A stretch of 64,000 nucleotides of DNA from Vicugna vicugna (Eukaryota), in assembly GCA_013265495.1 (NCBI GenBank), contig MU058687.1:434001-498000 (forward strand), written 5' to 3'. The number at the start of each line of letters is the position of its first letter. The first letter of the stretch is position 1. The notes beneath the pieces were generated by a model. The model ran no database searches. It had not been told where the DNA came from and saw only the letters and a list, made by a program, of their open reading frames with translations. The position numbers and the translations under genes were made by a program. Of this stretch, positions 11,401-24,129 are shown in pieces.

Positions 11401-14057
11401 CAATTTTAAAGATTATTAGCAAAAAAAGTAATAATTTTCTTTTTTGTGTATTTCCATAGAATTTAGTATTTCTTTTATACCACTTAGCCCATTCTATCTT
11501 GATATTATATTTATAATTTGTCTTATCTCCCCTGCTAGACAGTAAATTCTTTGAAGTATCCACAGTACTGTCCTTTGTATTCATCAAAATACAAATACAC
11601 ATAATGCTCAATAAATCTTTGTTAAATGCTGAGCAGATCTTTTATTTAAAATGTAATTAAAGGAATATCAAGTTTTCTACTAACTATATGGGGAGAATCC
11701 TTTTACAATGTATACATATACCAAATCATCATGATGTACACCTGAAATACACATTTTGCCAGCAATTCCTCAATAAAGCCAGAAAGTTTTCTAGAAAGAA
11801 TATCTAGTTTTGTTTTATATGAAAATTCTACAGATTGAATCAAGTTAAGTTCCTTAACTTTTCAGGAACTCTCAAAATAGCCATCCTAGGTGTAGGTATA
11901 CAGTCTGAAAGTGAATTAATAACTAATTATTTCTATTGGGACTTAGTGTGATTTTTTTTTAAAGAACAATGTTGCCACCTAGTGGAGAAATAGATTTCAG
12001 ACCTTTCAAAGAGGGCTAATGGTCCAGGAAGACTTAAAATGCAAAGGTAAAAGACACCGGCTTTATGGGAAAAAATAAGGTGGTTCTGTAGAATCTCAAA
12101 TATGGAAGAATTAAGGCCTATGTGGGGCCCATGAACTTGGAAAAAAGGAAGAAAATTTATTATACTGTGCATATAGAATTTATTCAACAAATTGAAAAGA
12201 GGCTAATTAAATTTAGATTATCCAAAGGTATTAAAAGCATAAATTCAAAGAAAAAATGATTTCTATCTACCTGGTTAACAGAAGTAGTATACATTGGTAG
12301 GTTGCAGTTAGTATTTTTAAAATAAGTTTTTTTAGTCTTTCTTGTTTTGACAAAGTGATAATACACATTTCATCAAATTTAGCCTATAAAGAAGAAAATG
12401 AAAAGCCTCCCAACAACTACACCCCCGTGAGGTAACCATGGTTAATATTTTGCTGTATTGTCTTTCCTTTTCTCCCCTCTGCTATGCATAAATATATTTT
12501 AAAGTATCTATATGCTATTTTTACAAAAATGAGGTCGTTATGTACAAATTGTTTGTTAACCTGATTTTTTCACTTTATATATTGTGAACACTTTTCAATG
12601 CCATTACGTATTTTTCTGTAAAACCTTTTGACTAGATGAATGGAATTCCATTGGGTAGATGTGTCATGACTTATTAATTGGTCCCTTTTTGTTGGACATT
12701 TGGACTTTCTAATTTTTTACTACTATAAACTGAGGAACATCTAAGTAACAGAGTATTTTCTCTGTATTTTAATTAGTTTTTAGGATAACTTCTTAGAAGT
12801 TATAGTGGAATTTATAGGTTAAATTAGAACATGAACTTTTGAAGTTTTTGATAAGCATTGCATAATTACCTTTCAAAAGATTTATTTATTAATTTATAGA
12901 TTTTTGAGGGAGCCCAATGGAAAATGAAATGTCCACCACCCCCTACTGGGATGGTAGACTCTTCCATAAATTTGTGTATTGATATTAATTTTAAACATCT
13001 TTGACAATGTAAGAGGCCATTTTTTAAAACTGTATAAGAAATACATGGATAAAGAAGATCATCTGAAAGAGCTCATATGATATGGATCAAATGGAGATTT
13101 AATACAGTTAGAACAGAGATCACAGTAAGGAAAAGTGTTAAGTACAAGGGAAGACAATATTAGACATAATAATAACTAACCTTTATGTTACATGGTTACT
13201 CTTCTAAGTACTTTACATGTATCACTTGTTATTTAATCCTTGCCACACCCCTGTGAGATAGCTACTATTATTATCCTCTTTTTACACTGGAGAACTGAGA
13301 CTTGGAGAAGATATTTGCCCAAACAGCTGGTAGCTGAGAGAGGTAATAGTTGAACTCTGGTCTGTCTGATGGAAAGCCCTTCTCTAGTGTCTTATCTGTG
13401 GCATGAATGTTAGATTGAGCATGCCTATTTCAGTCTGATCGGTTCTTGCTAGTAAGTATAGCCTTCAGGATCATAGCTTTAATTTTCTTTGCTTAGAAGA
13501 TTTTTATGTCCTTTTTATTTGATACAGTTTTAGAGGCTAGAAGAATCCATCTGTGAGAATCATGGGGAGATATTTTTTAAATTAATACTAGGAAGAATTT
13601 TCTAAAAATGGAAGCTCTTAAAGGGCAGCTTAGTGAATCATTAAGATCTGAATTAGTGATACTTTTCTCATAGAAGAGATTCCTATATTAGGTGGGAGAT
13701 TTGTATAGTCTGACTCCTAAGTTCCTTTCAATTCTTAATATTATGTTTCTGTGAGTCCACATGTTTAAAATGAAGATATTTGGAAAATATGATTATGATA
13801 ATAACTTATCTGAATGTTCTAAGAACTGTTATTCAGGAAAACCTTTGAAGAAAGGTTTTCTGATCTCGTAAACCTATAGCCAGTTGTGAGAAATATGGTA
13901 CTCAGAGGGAGGGACATGGAATTTTCTTGTGTGTTCAGGATTAAGAGGTAATGCACAACAGAAAATATTTCTTGATTGAGAATTTTCTAGGAATATGCTC
14001 CAACCTCCGCCCCTTTCCTGTTGACCATTTTTGGTTTTTCTGTTATTTTAATTTTAG

Positions 14058-14138
14058 CTGAAGGAGGATTTAAGGAACACAGAGCAGAAACATCAGGAGA
14101 CTCTTAGAAGATTGGAAGGCAAATTTTTTGAAGAAAAG
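14058..14138 (+). CDS. BBOF1: BBOF1 coding exon 5
   Basis: attttag|CTG...AAG|gtacgg; 81 nt, LKEDLRNTEQKHQETLRRLEGKFFEEK. Confidence 0.9.
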
Positions 14139-15399
14139 GTACGGCACATTTGCACTAACTGATAAATATTTTGTGTACTAGAACAAAGTGTATTTATCTG
14201 TATTCCGAGACATCAACTTTCCATTGTTTTTCTAGTCACTGGTAGAAGTTGGGAAGGAAAAAGGAGGATGGGAATGAGTGCTGGGCTGGCCAGCCACCGT
14301 GGTATCTGCCTCTCCATGTTAGGTACAAACTTCATGGTTAGATAGAAATTCCTACTCTGGTTTGAGCCCCAGTGCTGCTGGTCCATGGCAGTGAGCTTTC
14401 CAGTAAGCCCTGTTCATTCATCTAATACCTCAGCATATTCCACCTGATTATATAAAGGACTTTCCTCAGGTTACTGGTATTTTGTTTTCCCATGTAACCC
14501 TTTCCCACCCGGGTATTTTTGTGCTTGCTCTTCCCTCTTCCTGAAGTGTTCTTCCTCTAGCTCTGGCGTATCCTCATTCTTACTCTTCAGAGCTCAAATG
14601 TCATTCCTTCAAAGAGATAGTCCCTAAGCCCCAATCTAAAATTACTTCCCTCGGTTACTATCTCATTTCCCCATTTATTTCATTTATAGACTTATTACAG
14701 TCTACTCATTCTCTTACTTGTTTACTTGTTAAGGAGGCTGTATAGCATCAAATTGCCTGCATATGAATCCCTTCTCTGCCATCTACTAGCTATATGATTT
14801 TGGGCAAGTCACTAACCTCTTTCCCTCAGTTTCCTCAGGCCTTGTCTTTGGGGATAACATTAAGTACCTAATTCATAGGTATCTAATTACATTGTTGTGA
14901 GAAGTAAATAATACATGTGAAGAACCATGCCTGGCACATAGTAAATGCTCTATACATTTTAATTATTATTATTATTTGGATCTCATCCTAGAATATAAGC
15001 TCCATGAGAACAGGAACATTATCTGTTTTATTCACTACAAGATTTCTAGTATCTAAAACATCTGGTACACTATTAGTGCTCAATAGGAATTTATTGAATG
15101 AATAAATAAATGATTCTCATCATATTGTATTTAGCAGAAATTTCCAATACTGATGTAGATTTTATTTCTATATATGTCATTTTGCTTCCTTAATGGGGAA
15201 ACTGGGAGGTACCCTTAGGTTCCTATTTTCACACTATCCTCTTTGCTGGCTCCTCCGCTAGTACATAGAGTACTTCGCCTTGGGTCATGTGGACAGGAGT
15301 GTTTTATTTGACATTATAAGATACATACTTAAATTTGATATGTAAAATTTGTGGTTAGAAATGTAACTCTCTATTAAAACAGCCTATTTTTTTTTTTAG

Positions 15400-15470
15400 C
15401 ACCGTCTAGAACAAGAGGCTGAAAAGAAGATAATAATGCTGGCAGATAGAGCCCACCATGAAGCTGTTGT
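15400..15470 (+). CDS. BBOF1: BBOF1 coding exon 6
   Basis: tttttttag|CAC...GT|gtaaga; 71 nt, HRLEQEAEKKIIMLADRAHHEAV(V), ends in phase 2. Confidence 0.9.
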
Positions 15471-16227
15471 GTAAGAGATTGCTGCCTCCTTTTTCTTTCT
15501 AATAGCCTTTCTTACCTCTTTGCTAGTCTGTTTTGTTCTTATCATGTTGTCTACCCCCTTCTCTCCTGGTTTGATTTCTTCAAGTTTTCTGGTTTACTTT
15601 TCTTCACTATTTCTTTCTGTTCATGTCCCACCCCTTTTCCATTCACCCTTTTTGTAGCAGCATGGTGTGGAGGAAGAACCTGGGCTTTGAAGTTACACTT
15701 TGGATCTCAACATGTATATGAATTGACTATAGGAAGATTTCTTAACTTTTTTGAAATTAAATTTCTTCATCTAAAAATGGTGTTAATGATAGCCACCATG
15801 CAGGGTTGCCATGAGGTATATTAATGAAAGTAACACTAATCTGTGTTGTGTTACTAAATAAACTAAGTCTCAATGGCTTATTTCTTTCTTATGTAACAAT
15901 CCAGTAAGAGTCTGGCAGCTCTACTCCAGTTACAATTCAGGAACCTGGGCTGCTTCCATCCTGTTCTTCACATCCGGTCACATGGACAGAGAGAGCATGG
16001 GAAACTCATGCCTGCTCTTAATTGCCTTGGACTGGAAGTAACACAGTACTTTTTACTTTCCCGTTGGTGAGAACTTAGTTCTTAAGATCCATACCTAATG
16101 ACTGAATACCCACCATAGGCTGAATAAGTGGTGGTCATTATTATTAATGTCAGGGATAAAGCAGTTATTCTAGTTTGGTAATGTCTAAAACTCAGATCTG
16201 TGTTTTGGGATCTTATATCTATTTCAG

Positions 16228-16372
16228 GCAATTGAACAATGCTGGAAGAACTGTTTTTAAAGAAAATGTTTATCTCCAGAAAGCTCTTGCATACCACCTG
16301 AAGGAAGCCGATGCTCTACAGAAAAACTCCCAGAAGTTGCAAGAGACTCAGACTTTCCTTTTACAGCAAAAG
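16228..16372 (+). CDS. BBOF1: BBOF1 coding exon 7
   Basis: atttcag|G CAA...AAG|gttccc (weak donor); 145 nt, QLNNAGRTVFKENVYLQKALAYHLKEADALQKNSQKLQETQTFLLQQK. Confidence 0.9.
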
Positions 16373-16649
16373 GTTCCCATTCTCATTTAGATCTTCTTTC
16401 CTAACTTTTTAAAAAAGAATGGGTTGGTGAATACTAAGAACTGAGTATAGTAATGTTACATAATGACAATAGGACCTTTTTTCTTCTGTCTGGATGATGT
16501 ATTTTTTCTTGTCTGAGAAGTTAATACTGAATGGTTTGTAAGAAACTTTCAACTTGGCTTTATAAATAATATACCAGAACTTTAAATTAACTCCTGTCCT
16601 CTACTACCTTGCTATTTATTTTACTTTCCCTAGAGTTGGTCCCTGAATC

Positions 16650-17132
16650 ACTCAGGGATAGGTTCTCAGCTGTGAGTAGAAGCTCTGCCAACAATGGCTT
16701 TACTATGTAAGGGTTTATTCTCTCCTCTAAAGGAAGTCTGTAGGTAAGCAATTCAGAGCTGGAATGGTGGTGCCACAAAGTCAACAGAGACCCAGGTTCC
16801 TTCACTTTGTTCTGCAACATATGGCTTATATCCTTGGAGTTGCCTCATGGCCCCCAGCAGCTGCTGGAGCTCTAGCCATTACTCAAACAATAGGAAGGAA
16901 GAAGGACAAGAAGGAAAACAATATGCCCCTTCCTTTAGAGGTCTTCCTGGATGTCCTGCCCAGTTTCTATTTGCATCCCTTTGATCAGAACTTAGTCACA
17001 TGGCTTTGCTGAACTACAAGGGAAACTGGGACTTTTCAGTTGCTTACTGCCTTTCTGAATAAAGTTGGGGTTTTATTAGTAAGGAGGAAATGGAAAATGG
17101 ACATCGGAATAGGCAGCTAGCAGACTGCTACA
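16650..17132. mobile_element. MLT1-like LTR
   Basis: MLT1J/K-like motifs (ggagctctagccatt, cagaacttagtcacatggc, tacaagggaaactggg); boundaries approximate. Confidence 0.6.
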
Positions 17133-17451
17133 GCTTCCAGTATGTAGTTGTTAATGTTTTACTGTATAGTCTTACTGATTTTAGAATATCCTATTGATAA
17201 TATAAAATATTGAATAATTTCAGGATTTTAGAGGAAGGATGCTTTCTTAATTAGCAAAATCCATGGCCTTTGTAAGTCCAGACAGTGACTCTTGATGTTT
17301 CTTACTCTTTATGCACAGAATACCAAAAAATCACCATTTCAAGCTGGCATCAAACTCAAATCTCATGAAATAATGGAAATTAGGAACTTTTAAGTTCTGA
17401 AATTGATCAAAAAAAAAAAAACCTCTCACTTCTCTCATCTTTCTGTTTTAG

Positions 17452-17945
17452 GAGATCAATGATCTGTTGGTTAAGGAAAAGATAATGCAACTTACCCAGC
17501 AGAGATCACAAATCCAAACTCTCCAGAAGAAGGTGGTGAACTTGGAGAATGCCCTGAGTTGTATGACCAAAGAGTTTGAGACTGAAGTTTTAAAACTGCA
17601 GCAGCAGTCAATGATACAGAACCAAGCGGGTCAGGTTGAAATTTTCAAGCTGCAGCAACTTCTTCAGATGAAGAACAGGGAAATGAATCGAGTGAAGAAG
17701 CTGGCCAAGAACATACTAGACGAGAGAACAGAAGTGGAAAGATTCTTTTTAGATGCTCTACATCAAGTAAAGCAACAGATCCTATTTAGCAGGAAGCATT
17801 ATAAACAGGTAGCACAAGCTGCTTTCAACTTTAAAATGAGAGAGGCATGTGCAGGAAGAACAGAATACCCCAAAATCCGAACATTTGATGGCAGAGAGCA
17901 CAGCACCAATAGTGTGAACCAGGATCTTATGGAGGCCAATAAATG
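17452..17945 (+). CDS. BBOF1: BBOF1 coding exon 8
   Basis: ctgttttag|GAG...TG|gtacta; 494 nt open frame including ERTEVERFFLDALHQVKQQI and EYPKIRTF. Confidence 0.95.
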
Positions 17946-19974
17946 GTACTAATACTGCTTTAAAATTTTATCTTCTGTACTGCTGTTTTTGTGCTCTCTA
18001 GAGAAATAAAAACCCTGAAAAGTTCAGTTTGATAATATCTAAGTACTGAATAGATTACTCAGTAAGTTACTTGAGAAGAGGAATTACCTTACTTATTTTT
18101 GTAACCCCTATGCTTAGCATAGTGTGTGGGGCTTAGTAGGTATCCTTAATATGCCCCCCCCACTTTTTGTGTGACAGACTTGTTAAAAGGACTAGATTAC
18201 TTGTTCCATTTTGAATGTCATCATAATATCTTTTAACATGTTCCTTTATTTTGTTTCCTATATATTCATTATAAAAGTTTGATTAGATTCAAGTTAAACA
18301 TTTTTGATAAACACACTTCCACAAATATTTTGTAGTGTTCCTTTTACTATTCTGAGATAAAATTCATAGGTAATAATATCTAATTAAACCTATAATTTAA
18401 AAAATCAAAAAATGAAAGAGGACAACTTTCTTTGTAACAACTCTATTATACAGAACTGTCCTATGGATTGGAGGACACCCAGTAGTGCCCCCTCATCACT
18501 GTATTAACCAAAAGTCCCCACAGGGTTCTGAAATACACTGTATAGATCTACTGCCACTATGATAAAGTAGAATTATTGAGGCAGTTGTAGACTATATACA
18601 ATGATTTTTCTTGTTAGCATTTTTATCTGTTAAAATACCTTTCCCCCTGTAAACCATGGATTAAATTATAGTGCATTTTAAACGTTATTCTTAAAAAATT
18701 TTTTATATCCCAACACAATTAGATTCTTCAAAGGCCTTAAGAAACTTAAAAGGACTCCCTACTACTATGTACTTAACATTTTATTAAGAGGGCTTCCAAA
18801 TGTGCTTTCTGCTTTAAATTATTTTTTAATGGACTAATTTGTGGGTTCTTTAAAGTTATATAGCTGTTGCGAAGGTTGGACATGGTCAGTGGCTTTTGAA
18901 AGATAAGACTCTTCTTCAAAAAATGTCCATATTATAATTTTTTTACTTTCTTGCCATATTCAGAAGTCTGTAATAACACTTCTATTACCAAGAGAGTCAC
19001 TGTAAGTTTCTTTTTTATTTAATAAGTCAAGCAAGTTGAGTCCCTACCATACATAAGGCAGTTTCTTTTATGTTTTTAAATGTACTGTATATTAAGTGGT
19101 ATATAAATTTTCAAAGTAAGGTTCATAAAATGATTCTCCACATTGTTATTCCTGTTCTGCCTTCTGAGCAACTTATCACCTTAACCCCAGTGTCCTATTG
19201 GCTCTACCAGGAAGGCAGAAATGGTAGTTAAAATATTACATTATTTGCTTAGGAGGCAGATTGGGGAAGGACAACCAAAGCCCATGGTGGTCATAAGGCA
19301 AAACCTAAACTTAAGGAAAACCCAAATGACCCAAATGCGAAAGTATTTCTTACATTGTACAATGTTAGTACTCTATCTGCATGTCAGTCAGCTTTTGTAA
19401 ATTAGCAAGTAGACTTATCTATACCATAACTTTTCTAAGGGATTCAGTCTGTACCTGCCTGGGAGGCTTAGATGCAGCCTTATTTGGAGATAAGAAACAG
19501 ACTAGATAAGTTACATGCTACTTTATAAATTTACTTCTTATCACTCTATTTTCATAGCAAAATATCTAATACTAAAGAAGTGCTAAAAGGAATTTATCAA
19601 TAATTTCACCAAACAAATGTTTTTTTCTTGTTCCTTTTGTCTTTGTGTGTATTTGGGTAGATAACATTGCATTACAACTTTCTACTTTGCTTATTTGCTT
19701 AATGTTTGAGCACAGATTTTTTTCATGTTGTTATAGCTTTTCTTATTTTCATTTTGATGACTACACAACACTTCAGATTGGCTAACACATTGATATCCTT
19801 TTTAACTTAGTGATTTTGTAATGAAGATAGTTTGCTTTGGAGTCATTACATTTGGAAACCTCTTAATATTCAGTTATGGTTTGGAATTTCTCTTTTCTCA
19901 TGTTTGAATATTTTATATTTTTAAAAAAGAAGAGATGCTTACTTTGACCATATTTTTTCTTTGAAATTCTTTAG

Positions 19975-20076
19975 GACAGATTTTCAAGGAAATGTGGATA
20001 TTGGAGATTTGACCTGGGAGCAGAAGGAGAAAGTCTTGAGGTTGCTGTTTGCAAAAATGAATGGCTTTGTTCCTAG
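19975..20076 (+). CDS. BBOF1: BBOF1 coding exon 9
   Basis: ctttag|G ACA...AG|gtaact; 102 nt, TDFQGNVDIGDLTWEQKEKVLRLLFAKMNGFVP. Confidence 0.93.
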   Translation, partial: DRFSRKCGYWRFDLGAEGESLEVAVCKNEWLCS

Positions 20077-22248
20077 GTAACTCCCTATTTCAGTAGTGAA
20101 ATACCAAGTTGTTATCAAACCTACAAACCACATAGGAACAATGAACATATTCTAACTTAGAATTAAGGGAATGGGAAAGGACCAGAAAATATAAAATGGT
20201 CATACTGCTTAGCTACTGCAACTCCCAGAGAGAAAGAATGGGAAATGTGTAAGTGAGCACAAAAATGCAAGAGGAATTAAAATTAAAGTGGGGAAGATCC
20301 GTTAATCTTAGATATTTAAGGTAATGCTTGCTAAGAAGGTGTAGCATTGCTCAGCTGAAGGAGTGGTAACTAAAGAGAAGCATAACAATTGTTAAGGTTG
20401 TACTGGCCTGCAAAGATAAATAAATGATTTTAAAGCTGATTATTAATCAAGGGAATCTCTAATATGAAGAAAAAGACCTAGAAAGGAAAACCGAAATCCA
20501 TGGGTATTCCCAATAATTCTTTTTAATGATGAGTTTCACTCTCTCTTTTCACTATGTTTTATCAGTGACTATAACCTTGGTAATGAACTATAAAGTGGCT
20601 AAAATAAATCAACCACTATTGATTGCTTGTTAAATGCATGGAACCATGGTACCGTGGGGATTTAAAAGAATTAAGAGACATTGCCGTTGGTCTCAAAGAG
20701 CTTACATTTTGGTTGCCCAAACAAAACCAAGCATAACAAGGAAAAAATTAGGTGGCACAATAAAGTATAATGGGAGTTCAGACAATGTCAGTGGGCTAAA
20801 GTAGTCAGGGAAGACTGAAAAAGGGTGGCTCTGTGGGGTACCCTGTAGGACGGTGGTATAGTAGAGAAAGCAGGAAGGGCACATCATGCAAGGGGCTTAG
20901 CAGACAGAGAAAAAGCCCAGAGGTAGAAATGGGTGTAGGATATTTAGGGAACATTGAGGAAAAACTGCCTGGTTTGAGGAAACTTGGTGATGCTAGAGAG
21001 TAATTAGTAGTTAGAAGTAAGATTTAATCTATAGATTAAATTATGATGAGTTTAAAAAACTATGCAGAAAATCCTAAACTTATGCTATTATGGATTCTAG
21101 AGTAAAGTAACATACTTTTTCTTCTCTGCCTTGAAGGAATACCAAGAGCAGTAAGCCTTACTCTCATACTCTCTCATTGGAAGGGTTCACAGAGTGAACC
21201 TAACACAGTGAAACGTAAGATGGACTGGAGGACAGAAATAGAGTTGGGACCAGCAGAAGCTGCTGCACGACTCTGGGCATGCAGTGGTGAGGGGTTTAGG
21301 CAAGAGTCGGGGCGATTGGAGTAAAGGTGAGAAACTGAGGGACACTATGGAATGAGAAACAGGACTTGGTGATAAAGGACAAAAGGAATAAAGAAAAGGA
21401 AGAGTAAATGTTCAACTTTTTTAGCTTAAGAAATGAAGGAATGGTGGTATGAAAGGCAAATGAGAAATCTGGAAAGCCAGGGTGAGGGAAGTGTTTAAAT
21501 TTCATTTAATCCATCTATTAATTCATTTAGTATATATACTGAGTGCCAACTATTTATTGAGGATATAGTGTTGAGCAAATAAAGACATGCTTGATTTCAG
21601 GGAGTTTATGGTCTACATGGGAAGAAAAATAATCAAATCATCACACAAATGAAAAGTACAACTGTGACATGGGTTCTAAGTAGTGGTATATAGAGATAAG
21701 AGAGCCTAGATTAGGGGAATCTGACCTAACGGAGAAGATCAGGAAAGTTTCTGAGTAAGTAAAAGCTTGAGCTGATTTCTATAAGGTAGACTGGAACAAA
21801 AGAGGGAAGGAAAAAACATTCTAGACAGAAGAAACACGAAGTTGTATTTTCAGTGTTGACCCAGAGATGATAGCAATGTACTGAAGTGAAAAATACTTAA
21901 GGCATTTGTAAACAGTGATTTTACATGAGAGGTTACGGAGGGAGTTTGAGAATGTTTAGTGAAAACTGGTAGTGGAGTCTAGGAGAGCAGATGAAGGTAC
22001 AAGAATAGAGGCTGAGGCTAGAACCTTTAGGAATAACCACAACTGATGAACAGGAGAACAAAAAGAAGAGTACAACCAAAAGAGGAGAGTTTATAAAGAA
22101 TTACAGAGTAACTGGAAGATGGAGCATTTTGAAATGGCTTTGTGTCTCTGGTAGCCTTTCAAAGAGTTTTATTAAAGAGATGGGGTGGAATCCAGACTGT
22201 AGGTACTGAATGTGTGTCTCATTGTGAGTTGACTTTTCTGTACCCCAG

Positions 22249-22321
22249 GAAATACAGCTAGAGTACCAGGCCTCAAGTTCCACACTGTTGTTTTCAACTC
22301 TGGAGAAACAAAGGAATTTGG
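22249..22321 (+). pseudogene. degenerate tandem duplicate (pseudo-exon) of BBOF1 exon 10
   Basis: aligns end-to-end with 23325-23399 and its flanks; ag|...|gt retained; in-frame TAG at 22259-22261 and 2 nt shorter (73 vs 75 nt). Confidence 0.8.
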
Positions 22322-23324
22322 GTGAAATCTTTCACACAAGAGCAGTGAACTTGGACCTGGCCGTAATGGGATGATGGCTAAGTCTGTTGGATGAAGGAAA
22401 ACTAAGATAGGAATAGGATGGTGAAATGTTGGGATGGAGATGAGATTAAATGAGAAAACTCAAACCAGATGGGGAAGAATTAGATGATAAAAGGTCTTCC
22501 AAGGCAAATGGAATAATTAAGAAGTTGATAAGATTTCAATTGGTTGTATATGATTGTGACTCCAACAGTACAATATTTTTCTTTGTGATTGAACTAAGTC
22601 AAAGGAGTGTAACCAATAACCTTCAATGCATCGGCAATCACTCTGGCTATACTCAGGCACCAGCATTATCTATAAAGTACATTTGTTTTTCATGTACTTC
22701 TCATTGTCAAATTAGTCATTATGTTTGGACTATTTAATATAGCCAGATTTTGAATGGGTTATGCTGCTTTCTTGTGCACCTAATTGAGGACAAGTTTTAG
22801 GAGTGGGGTGTGTCTTTATCTGCTGGCAAATCAACTAACTATACATTTTGTAACTCTGTTAAGCTCACTTTCAAATTCGAGTATTGCGTTAATGATGTTT
22901 AGTTCCTGTTCGTAAACTAGACTGTCCAAAGTATAAGGGAAAATTTTCATACTGGGTCTATCTCCATTGGGCAAGTTTCCTGTGTTTTGAGATTTTTTTT
23001 GTGGGAAAGGGATTTTTTGGCTTTGCTTTTGGTCAGTACTGATTCAACCTTGCCTCTCACCATTAACAGCTATTGTGTGAGTATCATCATGATTATCTTC
23101 ATAAATATTTCCATCTCTTAAGTTCAACATGTCTCAACTTTAAGAGAATATAAGTTTAAATTAACTTGCCTAATATTATACTACCTCTATGTGTGTGTAA
23201 AAGTTCATTTTTGAAAATAAGAAGCCCATCCAACTGAGGCATTTCCATTTAGCAGTTTTAAAATGCAGTTGAAGTACAGGGCATAAGGAGACACTGCCTC
23301 ATTGTTAACTTATACCCACCACAG

Positions 23325-23399
23325 GAAATACAGCCAGAGTTCTAGACCTCCAGTTCCAGACTATGTTGTTCCTGATGATGGAAAAACACAGGAGTCTGG
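23325..23399 (+). CDS. BBOF1: BBOF1 coding exon 10
   Basis: ccacag|G AAA...GG|gtaagc; 75 nt, KYSQSSRPPVPDYVVPDDGKTQES(G). Confidence 0.88.
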
Positions 23400-23567
23400 G
23401 TAAGCTCTCTTGACAAGGCAATGAACGTGAGCCTGATCACAGTGGTTGTTGTTGGCATCATATGCACACCAGAACTGAGTGAGAGTAATATAACAAGTCT
23501 GTTGTTCTGAACCAAGTTCCATGTGTGTATAGTTGTTGGTAAGTCTGTTACTTTGTCATTATTGCAG

Positions 23568-23682
23568 GGATGAAAGTAAGCTTCAAGATCAAACTTTCAT
23601 CACCCAGCAAGTGCCAATCTTCGACTCCTCTGGTGAACTGGTGTTACCCAGTATTCAGGAAGGATCACAAGAGTCTGACATA
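23568..23682 (+). CDS. BBOF1: BBOF1 coding exon 11
   Basis: attgcag|G GAT...ATA|gtaagg; 115 nt, DESKLQDQTFITQQVPIFDSSGELVLPSIQEGSQESDI. Confidence 0.88.
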
Positions 23683-24112
23683 GTAAGGCGTCTGTAATCT
23701 AACCAAACAATACACATAACTGTTCCCCTTCCCCATGCAGTTTCTTGCTAAGTCCCAGTTCTTTTCTCTATTAGCCAGGAGCTCTGAGGGATCCAGTGAA
23801 ATTGTAATAACATTAGTATGAGATCATGGACATTTTAATAACAATATCCACACTAAGGAAGGCATATTATACTTAATGCAAATGCACAAGTGTGCCTCTT
23901 TTAGTGTGGAAAACCTATAAATTGCCTTTTGAAATATATAGCCTAGCCAAAATATATACTATCTTTTATGTAAGAATAAATATAATGACCATGTAACTCT
24001 TGGCTTTGGACAGAGATGGGAAGTCTGAGAAACTATAAGCTAGCAGACAAAGGCATTATAAGGAAGTACAGTACCATAAAAAAAAAAAGCCAGGTTTTCT
24101 TTTTATGAGCGT

Positions 24113-24129
24113 TTTATTTGTAATTTATT
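24113..24129 (-). terminator. candidate distal ALDH6A1 poly(A) signals (two AATAAA on the minus strand)
   Basis: tttatt at 24113-24118 and 24124-24129, with a T-rich tract downstream on the minus strand; other candidates near 24341 and 24438. Confidence 0.45.

Noticed and set aside
17467..17952. 161-aa ORF as a standalone single-exon gene
   Set aside because: It is BBOF1 exon 8, bounded by splice sites; the ORF start is TTG.
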